Below, in pieces: positions 19,442 to 28,980 of a DNA stretch of 64,000 nt (position 1 is its first letter; each line of letters begins with the position of its first letter). The stretch comes from a virus, in the IMG/VR virus record IMGVR_UViG_3300025087_000048, positions 1 through 64,000 of that record; one strand, written 5' to 3'. The notes beneath the pieces are model-generated. The model did no database searches, was not told where the DNA came from, and worked only from the letters and a program-made list of their open reading frames with translations. The position numbers and the translations under genes are program-made.

Positions 19442-20994
19442 TATCCCTCTCCACGAGGATACACATACAGCACTCCACCCCTGTAATGGTGGTTCCCCAT
19501 TGCAAACGGTATTCGATGTCGGACGCACACAAACCGGGCTTGCTGGTCATAGTATGTTGCACGCAATTTATCTGACGATGTCAAAAAAACAGACTGCGGA
19601 CTTGCTGTTGTTCCCTCATCCGAAGAGAGCGTATCGGATTTTACCAAGATAATCTCAGTTGTTAACCCGGTACCCTCCCCCTTAAAATATGATTCGATCG
19701 CGTCAATTCGCGTATTCTCGCCGGGTCCAGCAATCTGACGCCATGGCAAATCCCATATCGCCTCGTAACTATGTCCGTCATCCCCTCTCCCAGATCCAAA
19801 ATTATAGACTTGACCATTCACTCCGCCCGTGAGCACCGCCGGACGACCACGCATTAACATGCTATCCCACGTCGGATATGGCAGCTTATCCCACGGAGTT
19901 GGAAGATCATCCCATGTTAATACTGTAGTAATACGCCACGAAAACGACGCGCTTAATCTCAGTCCGTAATAATGCAACGTAGAAAATGCGCCAGGCACAT
20001 CGTCATACGGAAGTCGATAAGTAATCCCAACAGAAGGAGTCCCAGATGAACCAGACTCCCAAAACCACCAGATTTCACGATTTAACGGATCGTACACCCC
20101 ATGCGTTCGACCCCGGTTAAGCCAATACATATCCGATTGAATCAGACGTTTTATTGCCCCACCAATTGCAATACTTCTATCGCCGTCAAATTTATAAACA
20201 TCACCATCTTGTCCAATATAATAATGCACATTCTCAGCCGCAACAACACTAGCAGGAGACACTGGGCCTGATTGGTTCCCACGAAGTTCAAAAACAAATG
20301 GAAACAATCCACCAGTTCCAATTCCAACCCATTGCGACCAATCCTTGTACACTGCAAAAACTTGAGGGTTCAAGGATCTCACAGCCACAATGCCATCCTT
20401 TGCATCCGGCAGATTCACCTCACGAGTCGATGACCACGCTGTCGTATCTTGGAACCCACTAATCCACAGAGAAGAAGATTGTCGCGTTCCGCCAACAGTA
20501 ACATTTCCGAGCACCACACGTTCAAAAGCGACCGTTACATCCTTTGCAATTGGCGGAGACCCAGCAAGTGCAGCAAAATTACCTGTGCCGGTATACACTT
20601 GAGGAGCGTCTTTATCATTTACAGCAATAACTCGCGTCGAGTTCGCAAATGGAAATGCCACAAACCGTACTTGGTTATCAAGACCACCTGTTAGTGCAGA
20701 CCCCGTGATGTCTGACCACGATGTTGTATACAAGTGAAACCCGTTTGTCGTCCCAATAAGCAGTCGTTCTGTCTGTGTGTGATCCTCGTAAAACAATCCA
20801 CCCAGTACAGAATTCACAGATGGAACTGTTGATGAAACTCTGATTTGACCTGGACGAACAAGAATCTCACCATCACGACACAACACATTTTTTCCACCAG
20901 CAAGAAATCCATCTGGGATCATGTGCTTCGGAAGATCAGCTCGCATGCCTCGAGTTGGAGGATCAAGCGGAATACGAACACTCCCTCGTGGCAT
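19441..20994 (-). CDS. Tail nozzle/stabilization protein (P22 gp10/T7 tube B-like)
   Basis: GMRADLP..IPD..L....NV...DG.I..RPG N-terminus; beta-propeller character; synteny. Confidence 0.75.
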   Translation of the reverse strand: MPRGSVRIPLDPPTRGMRADLPKHMIPDGFLAGGKNVLCRDGEILVRPGQIRVSSTVPSVNSVLGGLFYEDHTQTERLLIGTTNGFHLYTTSWSDITGSALTGGLDNQVRFVAFPFANSTRVIAVNDKDAPQVYTGTGNFAALAGSPPIAKDVTVAFERVVLGNVTVGGTRQSSSLWISGFQDTTAWSSTREVNLPDAKDGIVAVRSLNPQVFAVYKDWSQWVGIGTGGLFPFVFELRGNQSGPVSPASVVAAENVHYYIGQDGDVYKFDGDRSIAIGGAIKRLIQSDMYWLNRGRTHGVYDPLNREIWWFWESGSSGTPSVGITYRLPYDDVPGAFSTLHYYGLRLSASFSWRITTVLTWDDLPTPWDKLPYPTWDSMLMRGRPAVLTGGVNGQVYNFGSGRGDDGHSYEAIWDLPWRQIAGPGENTRIDAIESYFKGEGTGLTTEIILVKSDTLSSDEGTTASPQSVFLTSSDKLRATYYDQQARFVCVRHRIPFAMGNHHYRGGVLYVYPRGEG

Positions 20995-20997
20995 CGC

Positions 20998-21930
20998 CTA
21001 CGACCGTGTTGCCTTAATCGTCAACGTCGCCAGAAGCGTGGTTGATACAGAATCAACGTTATAGCGAAGAATATCCCCTGCTGTAATTAACGTCGTCCAT
21101 CCGGTCAGCGTAGAATCCTGGGCCTTAATTGCGTTTGTCAACGTCGGCTTTGCTGATGCCGTGATCGACTGCCACGTCCCACCTGGAAAATTTGCATATG
21201 TTGTTTTGTAGATATCAACCACAAGACTTCCGGTTGGGTACCCAACAAGCGTAATTTGATTGATTGTCGCTGCAAAATCAATCGGAAGATCCAACTTGAT
21301 ACCCGTTGAAACGACACTCCCACCACCATCGAAAACAGCAACAATATCAGAAATTGAAAGGTTTGCCGAAAGACTCTGAACCAATGGGTCAGCCCAGACG
21401 AGATCCGCATTTGACCCAGCAGTCTGTAAGAATAACCCAGAAACTCCTGGGTCAATACCTGACCACCCAGCTGAATTCCGATGAAGAAGACTCCCACGAC
21501 GTTCACCCGGAACCGTTAATTTTGTCGCATCGAGCATTCCTGTTGGCGTTGTCACATCGACAGAATTTACTCCGGCTCGTAATTGCCCACCAAGACGGAA
21601 CATGTGTGACGGCATGACAACTCCAGTTGCCATAAATTGCATAATAGTATTGCTTGCTACCTGCAATTCCATCGAAGTATACAACGCGGACATCTTGAAA
21701 ATACCAGAGGGACCACCGAGCACATATGTCGGAAGATACGCCGGGCTCTGCGACACCGTCACAATCCCAGCCGCAGTGATCGCAAATGCCGCCGCAGTCA
21801 CCGCTGTATTATCCGGAACCCCAAACACATCAACAATGTACTGTTTCAAAGAGCGAAATTCGTTATCTCCAAGAGAAGGGGCATCCGACCCTGCTGGGGT
21901 TGCCGCATTTACCGTCTGAGGGAGTGAAAT
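20998..21930 (-). CDS. Tail fibre/baseplate-like protein, probable ATT start
   Basis: Frame extends 27 codons upstream of the TTG to ATT-TCA-CTC (SLPQTVNAATPAGSDAPSLGDNEFR), 8 nt after AGGAG; C-terminal GSLVVDIYK...ASAKPTL...GWTT.I.AGDILR. Confidence 0.7.
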   Translation of the reverse strand: MSLPQTVNAATPAGSDAPSLGDNEFRSLKQYIVDVFGVPDNTAVTAAAFAITAAGIVTVSQSPAYLPTYVLGGPSGIFKMSALYTSMELQVASNTIMQFMATGVVMPSHMFRLGGQLRAGVNSVDVTTPTGMLDATKLTVPGERRGSLLHRNSAGWSGIDPGVSGLFLQTAGSNADLVWADPLVQSLSANLSISDIVAVFDGGGSVVSTGIKLDLPIDFAATINQITLVGYPTGSLVVDIYKTTYANFPGGTWQSITASAKPTLTNAIKAQDSTLTGWTTLITAGDILRYNVDSVSTTLLATLTIKATRS

Positions 21931-21941
21931 CGCCCTATCTC

Positions 21942-22541
21942 CTACGTTCCCGCAATTTCCATTGCGGTTTTATTCGCCTTTATCCGATTACATTGAGCAC
22001 AAGCTAACGCAAGATTAGACCCCGATGATCCTCCTCCACGACTTCTTGGAATCATATGATCAAGCACAAATGTTAAAATATCAAGAGTTTGATGACAGTA
22101 GTAACAACACCCTTCTTGAAACCACCACAATCGTCTAATTGTGTAGCCAATTTCTCCACTGACATGCCCTTTTCTATACCAAGCAGTCGCAGCACGTAAT
22201 CTTCTGCCAGCACGAACCCACTCTGGATGTTTCGCCAGCCAGCCAGCAGTACGTCGAATCTCTCTACCTTTATTCGTATAATACCGTACATGCTCTTTCA
22301 TACGAAGTTCTTCTCTATGTGTATCCGCGTAGCGTTTCCACGACAAAGCTAAGCGACCTGACGTACTCCTATTACGTCTCCAACGAGTCACATCAAGCGG
22401 ATGTTTCTTTTCCCATTCCCGGGTATATTGTGCTTGACACAAACGACAATATGTTCGCAATTGTGCCACCCTACCCAAACGAAATCCAAATTCAAGTTCT
22501 GACTTCTCAACCTTACAACGTGGGCATATTTTCATTAACAT
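21942..22541 (-). CDS. Free-standing HNH homing endonuclease
   Basis: CPRC..CRLC; CYYC...LDHMIPRSRGG...NLALACAQCNRIK. Confidence 0.9.
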   Translation of the reverse strand: MLMKICPRCKVEKSELEFGFRLGRVAQLRTYCRLCQAQYTREWEKKHPLDVTRWRRNRSTSGRLALSWKRYADTHREELRMKEHVRYYTNKGREIRRTAGWLAKHPEWVRAGRRLRAATAWYRKGHVSGEIGYTIRRLWWFQEGCCYYCHQTLDILTFVLDHMIPRSRGGGSSGSNLALACAQCNRIKANKTAMEIAGT

Positions 22542-22555
22542 ATTAATACCCCACC

Positions 22556-23455
22556 TTACAGATTAATACTATCTCTTGACAAATAGAAATCATCTCCACG
22601 CTCACCACTTCTCACGGAATCCCGTACATGCTGCACCACACTAAACCGTGACAAATCATCGGCCTTTGCCCCATCTAACGCTTCTACGTACCTCTGATGA
22701 AACCGATCTGCCAGTGCAAGCCACGCCGCATCCCCTGTTTTCCCATGAAGAAAGAACGCTGCCGATTCTCCAGACTTCCACACCAGTACGTCAGACCGAT
22801 ACAACGGAATAGACGCATCAGCTGACAACTCATTATTCATCAGATATTCAATACGAATCGCAGTGGCTGCGGAAGGCACTGGCCAAAACTCGATCTGATA
22901 CACTCCGCTACTCGTCTGTGCATCCAGCCCACGAATACTGAAGACATCAGGCTGAGACGCTGTCGTACTTCGGTACGGGTCAATACGATCAATATCCGTA
23001 AGCGACCACTCAGAGAGCTTTGTGTCTAACGTCACATTCAGATGTCGCCCAAAATTAGATGGCAGAACATAAATATGCTGAAAGATTGTATACGTGGACC
23101 CAGCCGCAGCATCCGAAGGAAGTGCCGCTTCTAATTCAATCCCAAGCGCACTAGTAAACGATGCAATTTGATGATAAAATTGATTCGATCCGATCCGCAT
23201 CCACCGCCCAACCATCGCGGAAGTAAACGTCGTTCCAACCCCAGTCACCGTGGTCCCTGACGTGGACACGCTGCCCGTAGAGTACGGAGCAACCAGATTG
23301 ACAATCGTCTCTTTCTTCCGCCGTGACCACGCGTTATCCTCCAAAATCGTGACATGCTCAGCCTGAACAATGGCAAGAATATCCCCATCGGAGATCATTG
23401 AGTTTGACGCTACCAGGTTTTTCACCTGAGATACTATCGTTACCCTCGTCGCCAT
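22556..23455 (-). CDS. Head-tail adaptor with an inserted fibre-like domain
   Basis: STGSVSTSGTTVTGVGTTFT insert; IEFWPVPS...IRIEY; synteny. Confidence 0.7.
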   Translation of the reverse strand: MATRVTIVSQVKNLVASNSMISDGDILAIVQAEHVTILEDNAWSRRKKETIVNLVAPYSTGSVSTSGTTVTGVGTTFTSAMVGRWMRIGSNQFYHQIASFTSALGIELEAALPSDAAAGSTYTIFQHIYVLPSNFGRHLNVTLDTKLSEWSLTDIDRIDPYRSTTASQPDVFSIRGLDAQTSSGVYQIEFWPVPSAATAIRIEYLMNNELSADASIPLYRSDVLVWKSGESAAFFLHGKTGDAAWLALADRFHQRYVEALDGAKADDLSRFSVVQHVRDSVRSGERGDDFYLSRDSINL

Positions 23456-23543
23456 GCTGCCTCCCAGATCAACGATCGTAACAGCAGGGCTACCTACCCA
23501 TTACTCGCTCCCCGATCGTCGCTCCATGCCACGCCCTTGGCCC

Positions 23544-24953
23544 TCACGGGGCCGCTGGAACACGACGCTGCACCCTGCTGTCTTGGGTATTTGTCCCAGA
23601 TCCCATTGAATGTTCAAAATTCTCAGCACCAGACAAATGATCCCCGCTAAACCGTTTCGGATACGGAATCCCCAATTTCGTACGAACATCATCCTCGATT
23701 TCATCACGCAATGCAACCAAATCTGTCTTACTCAGATCTGGAGTCCACACATGGCTAATATATTCTTTTGGCTTCCCTTTGTAAAAGGCAAACTCGGTAG
23801 CGTAATTAATCTCCTCAAAGTACAATGTCGCACCATTTTCCTGCAAAACCTGGCTCTTCCGCACGTACTGACACACTCGATGTCCATTGGACGTCTCTGG
23901 TAACACCTGACGCTCTTCCCACAGAGGCGTACCCGGATAAACCGTAATAACGGTTACATCAAAATCATCTGGACGTGCCCACAAGAGCCAATCCTTCAAG
24001 TTCTGTGCAGACTCATGCGTCTCCCCAGGATGCCCCAGGGATGTAAACGCTTTACTCCTCATTCCGTGTTTCCGCACAAGATCTACATATTTCTTATTTA
24101 TTTCCCGTGTTGTCTGCTTCTGAATCACACCAAGAATACGATCATCTCCCGCCTCCACACCAGTACAAATATCCACAAACCCAGCCTCAGCCATAGCTTC
24201 TGCTTGCTGATCTGTAAAAAGATTCGCCTTCACAAACGCCCGAAACTTCATCCCCAATGGCTTGATCTTCTGACAGAATTCCAGAAGAGGCTCATTCAAA
24301 AGATTTATTTCATCGTCAAACGCCATCACCGCACGAATTCCGTATACCTCCACAAGATGTTCCATCTCAGCAACCACATCGTCCACTGACCGAGTACGTA
24401 CACGTCGATAATACGGATTCGTCCTTCCACAACAAAATAGGCAACCAAAAGGACATCCCTGAGACAACATCATGGACGTCCCCTTCAACCCACGCAGCGA
24501 ATATTGATACGAATTCAAATCAATCAGATGCCGAGCAGGCCACGCCCATTGAACCAAACCCTTCTGTGTCCCACTCGCTTCATCCAAGACAGCAGGCGCA
24601 TCTGGTTCAATAGCCGAAAGAATCGCCTTCTCCCCGTCCCCTCGAATCACACAGTCAAACATCGAGCAAGATTCCGGCATCACTGTGGCATGCGGACCTC
24701 CAAGCAGCACACGCTTGTCAGGCTGATGCTGACGAATCCGCTGAAGCAAGGCTACTACTGTTGGAAACTGCGGTGTCGTCGCCGTAATACCATATGTATC
24801 CCATCCCCAACTTAAATACGGCTGAAGATCCTCCAAGGGAGCCACAGATCCAGCCAGATCCACAACCCGAACATCATGACCAGACTGCTCAAGAATAGCC
24901 GCTACCTGCAATAATCCAAGTGGAGGGAAAACCCTATCATCAAGAAGCGTCAA
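23544..24953 (-). CDS. Cobalamin-binding radical SAM protein; the N-terminal 13 aa lie in another frame (ATG 24991 or 25135)
   Basis: FPPLGLLQVAA, LLGGPHAT, GDGE, SQGCPFGCLFC, GVEAG, LGHPGET. Confidence 0.85.
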   Translation of the reverse strand: MTLLDDRVFPPLGLLQVAAILEQSGHDVRVVDLAGSVAPLEDLQPYLSWGWDTYGITATTPQFPTVVALLQRIRQHQPDKRVLLGGPHATVMPESCSMFDCVIRGDGEKAILSAIEPDAPAVLDEASGTQKGLVQWAWPARHLIDLNSYQYSLRGLKGTSMMLSQGCPFGCLFCCGRTNPYYRRVRTRSVDDVVAEMEHLVEVYGIRAVMAFDDEINLLNEPLLEFCQKIKPLGMKFRAFVKANLFTDQQAEAMAEAGFVDICTGVEAGDDRILGVIQKQTTREINKKYVDLVRKHGMRSKAFTSLGHPGETHESAQNLKDWLLWARPDDFDVTVITVYPGTPLWEERQVLPETSNGHRVCQYVRKSQVLQENGATLYFEEINYATEFAFYKGKPKEYISHVWTPDLSKTDLVALRDEIEDDVRTKLGIPYPKRFSGDHLSGAENFEHSMGSGTNTQDSRVQRRVPAAP

Positions 24954-25135
24954 AGGAACGGTGAAGGTGGATTAATAAGACAAACATTCATCGTTCCGGA
25001 TCACCCCCTCGACGGCTGATGATCGCAAAATCCATCAGCAATGTTCCACTTTCGATCCAAACGTGGAACAGCTAAAGAAGACAATGTTACCGCTAATAAG
25101 AAAGGACTTGGCGGATTTATTAAGCATATGTTCAT
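24948..25135 (-). promoter_or_regulatory. Structured leader cassette with two recoded copies of the radical SAM N-terminus
   Basis: MNICLINPPSPFLL at 25135 and MNVCLINPPSPFL* at 24991; three consecutive hairpins. Confidence 0.6.
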
Positions 25136-25138
25136 AAT

Positions 25139-25339
25139 CTATCTACGCCTCGGCCTAAAAATAGGAATAAAAGAATCAGCAGCACTCACTCCACCACCAC
25201 CAGCCATCACATACATAAAATCAGTTTGCGCCCAATCCTCAGTTCCCACAGTCCCATCAGGCAAAGGCCACAACCCCCGCCATGGACAGGCAGGAGCAAT
25301 TGCCGATGCACGCTTCTCCCGCGTATCTAAATCTGCCAC
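25139..25339 (-). CDS. Small tail-associated protein
   Basis: (M)ADLDTREKRASA motif; coupled to the upstream gene. Confidence 0.6.
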   Translation of the reverse strand: MADLDTREKRASAIAPACPWRGLWPLPDGTVGTEDWAQTDFMYVMAGGGGVSAADSFIPIFRPRRR

Positions 25340-26013
25340 TACGGACCTGCCCCCACCTCACCCTTGGTAAACGTCGTGGCATTATCCGACACAGTTGCTT
25401 TCTGATCCACAGTCAAGGCATCATCGCCAAATAAACTGTACTGCGTCGCGGTCTGCGTGCTCGTGTTGCGCCACGCCTTGTAGAGATAGGCAAGCATCTT
25501 GCGGAGCGTCTGCGTAGCCGCCGGAGCTTCCTGACCCACTTCAGCATAGGTGTCCACGTTCAGCGCATCCACTACTTCGCTTTGCACTTCCGCGTCCCAG
25601 CTTGCATTCCACGGGATAGCCGTCAATCCGGCGCCGAGCGCACCGATCACGGCGGTGTCCACGAGGATCGCCTGCACCACTTCGTACAGCGTCGAGGCCG
25701 CCGCCCGCACAACGAATGAGCCCACGAATCCCGCCGGGTTGACGCTGCTGATCGTGAGCGTGCAGAAGACCGCGTACTCGCCCTCGGCGTAGCCCGTCGT
25801 GTCGATGGCGATCTCATGGAGGCCGTCCGAGTAGTTCGCATGCGTGAGGAGCGTGGGCGTCCCGCTCGCGGTGGGTGCGGCACCCGATGCGGCACCCGCC
25901 AGTCGCACGTCGTAGAGGGGCGTGGCGCCGTCTCCCGCACTCCCAGCCGTCGTGTTCGCGGCGAACCAGAAGTAGACCGTCCCTCCGACCGCGACTTCCT
26001 TGGGGGCGCTCAT
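25339..26013 (-). CDS. Tail fibre-associated structural protein
   Basis: Ala/Thr-rich and beta-rich; YLYKAWRN..TQT..DQKATVSD C-terminus. Confidence 0.65.
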   Translation of the reverse strand: MSAPKEVAVGGTVYFWFAANTTAGSAGDGATPLYDVRLAGAASGAAPTASGTPTLLTHANYSDGLHEIAIDTTGYAEGEYAVFCTLTISSVNPAGFVGSFVVRAAASTLYEVVQAILVDTAVIGALGAGLTAIPWNASWDAEVQSEVVDALNVDTYAEVGQEAPAATQTLRKMLAYLYKAWRNTSTQTATQYSLFGDDALTVDQKATVSDNATTFTKGEVGAGP

Positions 26014-27443
26014 AGGGTGGCTCCTCGGAACTCAGGCCGAGCACTCGACAACTCATTGCTGTAGGCGCCGCCGGGGACAAGAGATTGTCGAGGACTTGAA
26101 TTCGCACCACTGATACTCAATTTCGGGCAGGCATACACGGTGTACGACGCCTTCGCCAGCCCCACTCGGCACCGGTAGTACCCCTTCTCCTGCGGCGTCT
26201 GCGTCGTCACGAGCTTCTGCCTATTCGGATTGGTCAAGCCGGTCGTCGTCCACGTCTCGGTGCTCGCCGCCTGATCCGCTGGCGTGGCGAGGATGTCCGC
26301 CGCCCTGTCATTGGCAAAGAGGCTCAGCGGGAAGCCGCTCGTCCCGAGGTACTCGGTTTCCAACCACACCTCGTCGTCCTGGAGATTCGTCACGCTGTCG
26401 TGGAGGATCTCGCAGGTCACGGTCTGGCTACTCCCAACCGCCTCGTTCCAGATCACCATCTCCGGGCCACACAGCGGCGCGTAGAACTTGCTGTTGGCGC
26501 TGCTGACGTGCTTGTGGCTGAGGCCGGTAGTTCCGTCGGATGCTCCACTAGTGCGGATCAGCGTGGTCTCAGAATAGGAGTCACCTTCGTACTGGTGGCG
26601 CTGCATCCGGTAATTCGTGTCGCCGGAGTCGCAGTTGTCCAGAAGGATTGAACCGCCTGGGCCGGGCACGGCTCCACTGACCAGCGAGACAGAGGCGCCA
26701 AGTTTACATTGCAAGAACGAGATGAGTGCGGTCATCTGCATAGCGGCGGGATTTACCAGATTCTTGCCAGACCCTGACGCACTTAAATCGACGCCCACGA
26801 CTCGAACAATTCCGCCGAGATCGCTACCGAAGAGCGACGTAGGAATTGACCCCGTGCCATCCAGGGACCCACCCCGCCAAGAGAAGCTGACGCGAGTGGC
26901 CGAAATCACCTGACCAACTGCGGCAAACTTGACTGTACAGTTAATCCAGTTAATCGTGTGAAGGGTGAGTGTCCCTGCCGCTGTGCCATAGAGAAGAAGC
27001 TTTGCCCCGCTTGCGGTTGTGGCGACCACGAACTTGCAGGAGTCGTATGTCTGTACCTCGTTCGCGGCACTATTCCCGGTCAAGACGAGATCGGTGGTGT
27101 TTATAGTGCCCTCTGTGAACGTGATCCCGTAGCAAATCAGAGAGCCCTTGATGGTCATGCTGAAAGCACCCGTCACCGTCACCGTCGCCGTCGTCGCCAG
27201 CGCGGTTGGGGGCTCCGCTGCGTCGTTGCCACAAAGGATTTCGACGGGTGCTGCCGCCGTCCCTGCGGAGGTCAACGTCATTGCTGACGCTTGCGTTTCT
27301 GCGTGGGCCTGGCTGACCCAGATCCGCTCCCCTGCGGCCGCGACCGCAAGCGCGCCAGCGAGTGTCGCTTTCGCAAGTGCCCATGTCAAACCAGAATCGG
27401 CGTCGCTTCCATCCGTTGATCGGACGTAGTATGGGCCGGCCAT
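26010..27443 (-). CDS. Tailspike/beta-helix-like receptor-binding protein
   Basis: YYVRSTDGSDADSGLTWALAKATL..A...AGE.IWV start typical of pectin-lyase-like folds. Confidence 0.65.
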   Translation of the reverse strand: MAGPYYVRSTDGSDADSGLTWALAKATLAGALAVAAAGERIWVSQAHAETQASAMTLTSAGTAAAPVEILCGNDAAEPPTALATTATVTVTGAFSMTIKGSLICYGITFTEGTINTTDLVLTGNSAANEVQTYDSCKFVVATTASGAKLLLYGTAAGTLTLHTINWINCTVKFAAVGQVISATRVSFSWRGGSLDGTGSIPTSLFGSDLGGIVRVVGVDLSASGSGKNLVNPAAMQMTALISFLQCKLGASVSLVSGAVPGPGGSILLDNCDSGDTNYRMQRHQYEGDSYSETTLIRTSGASDGTTGLSHKHVSSANSKFYAPLCGPEMVIWNEAVGSSQTVTCEILHDSVTNLQDDEVWLETEYLGTSGFPLSLFANDRAADILATPADQAASTETWTTTGLTNPNRQKLVTTQTPQEKGYYRCRVGLAKASYTVYACPKLSISGANSSPRQSLVPGGAYSNELSSARPEFRGATL

Positions 27444-27444
27444 G

Positions 27445-27684
27445 CTACTCGCCCACCGTCGCGCGGATGCGGTTCACGGTCGTCATCATATCGTCCAGCC
27501 GAGCGCGGAGCGCCGCCGTCTGGGCATCCGTCAAGCCGAAGAGGGCCTTGAGTTGCGCGTCCGTCAGCACCGCGAAGAAGCGAGCGATCTGGAGGGCCTC
27601 CAAGCGGGAGGCGTCCCGGAACCGCTCTCGGAGGCGCTGGGCCAGTTGCCCACGCGTCGAGTGGTTAAAGGTCGGCACGGTCAA
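27445..27684 (-). CDS. Tail-associated helical protein (MTVPTFNHST...)
   Basis: TTG start after GGGA; ends 1 nt before the spike gene. Confidence 0.5.
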   Translation of the reverse strand: MTVPTFNHSTRGQLAQRLRERFRDASRLEALQIARFFAVLTDAQLKALFGLTDAQTAALRARLDDMMTTVNRIRATVGE

Positions 27685-28006
27685 CTGGTCCCTGCCCCGC
27701 GAGTCGCCGAGCCTTGCGCTCGTGATATGCCTCGTAGGCGGTGCCGACGAGCCCCGCGAGTCCAAGCTGAACGGCGCTACAGTGGGTCTCGCACAGCTCC
27801 CGCTCTGACTCTGTCATCGTGGCGATTCCCCATTTCGCGTCCGCGTCACGGAGTTTGGCTTGCCATGCGTTCGGAGACGCCGTACAGCCGCGGCGATGCC
27901 ACCGCCCGTCCACGCGGAGTTCGCCGAAGCTGACGAGCGCGCTCGACAGGCGCAGCATGCGGCTGAACACGGCGTCGTACTCATCCCAGGTCGGTTGTAT
28001 TGTCAT
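27665..28006 (-). CDS. Hypothetical protein
   Basis: ATGA overlap with the upstream gene; GC-rich. Confidence 0.35.
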   Translation of the reverse strand: MTIQPTWDEYDAVFSRMLRLSSALVSFGELRVDGRWHRRGCTASPNAWQAKLRDADAKWGIATMTESERELCETHCSAVQLGLAGLVGTAYEAYHERKARRLAGQGPVDRADL

Positions 28007-28230
28007 AGCTCTGCTCCCAAGACTTCGGCTTCGTTCGCGGCAATCTCCGCTTCGGTTAGCTGCGCCTCGATTCGGGCGGCAGAGGCCGCGAGATCCACCA
28101 CCTGCCCCGCCTCAGCCATGTAGACGATCTCGTGGACCACGCCCATTTGGTCGATGTGCTGCTCGCGGACCCAGCGGCGCCCGTCGATCTGGCGGGAATC
28201 CTCGGCGATGCGGGAGGAGACGATTGCCAT
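28003..28230 (-). CDS. Small tail-associated protein
   Basis: MAIVSS...QIDGRRWVRE.H.D..G; high GC like the spike module. Confidence 0.6.
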   Translation of the reverse strand: MAIVSSRIAEDSRQIDGRRWVREQHIDQMGVVHEIVYMAEAGQVVDLAASAARIEAQLTEAEIAANEAEVLGAEL

Positions 28231-28351
28231 CTACGTCCCCGCCAAAGCGCCGAGCCCGACGCGCGGCATCAGCGCACCGTCGCCAGGAGGAGGGAGACGT
28301 CCACGTTCGACACGCCCGCGCTGGCCAAGAGACCGCGTGGGGAAGGGCACA

Positions 28352-28969
28352 TCAGAGCGCGCCCACCCGGCGACGCATCTCCGCAATTTCAGCCGCCAGT
28401 ACATCTCTTGTACTTGTTAATACGGACAATTCCTTCTTAAATGTATCAAACTTTATCTTATGCTCATCAGCAAGTACCCGCACTTTATCCACCGCTTCCT
28501 TCTCTTTATTTTCCAATATAATAATCGCCTGAGTCACACGCTCACGCACCACAGCAATATCACCCTCAGCTTGACGCTGTTCATCCGCAAGTTTCTGCCC
28601 AAACTTCGCAATCTCCGCCGACACTTCCAACTGTTTTGTATTGACCTCTAACGCAAGTGCGTTTTTCTGAGCGATAACATCTTGAGCATACTGCAACACA
28701 TCTCTATCCAAATCACCTCTTCTCTGTGTATATTCTGCCTCTAAATTACTCATTCGTGCTTCGTGATCGCGTAACAACTTATCCACACGAGCTTGTATCG
28801 TAGGAATTTCAGCAAGTAGCAATTTCTTTTGTCTATCTGCTTCATTCGCCGCCTGCTGTTTTTCAGCAAAAGATAGCAGTAACGCATCCAATCGCTCAAA
28901 TGCCCGAAAATGATTGCGCATCTGCTGAGCTGCATCCAACGCCTCATTCAATGACATCTCATCAGCCAT
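28352..28969 (-). CDS. Coiled-coil protein
   Basis: Heptad-rich, 205 aa; GGGGAG SD. Confidence 0.7.
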   Translation of the reverse strand: MADEMSLNEALDAAQQMRNHFRAFERLDALLLSFAEKQQAANEADRQKKLLLAEIPTIQARVDKLLRDHEARMSNLEAEYTQRRGDLDRDVLQYAQDVIAQKNALALEVNTKQLEVSAEIAKFGQKLADEQRQAEGDIAVVRERVTQAIIILENKEKEAVDKVRVLADEHKIKFDTFKKELSVLTSTRDVLAAEIAEMRRRVGAL

Positions 28970-28980
28970 GACACTCCCCC

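Noticed and set aside
21931-22541. Group I intron around the HNH gene
   Set aside because: The U|...G| boundaries would fit, but the ORF fills the whole interval and I see no P7/catalytic core. An SD-aligned ATT start is simpler.
24944-24958. CTT-TGA-C as a prfB-type +1 frameshift
   Set aside because: The +1 frame reads GAC GCT TCT TGA and stops at once, and there is no SD just upstream. The gene body requires -1/+2 or a hop.
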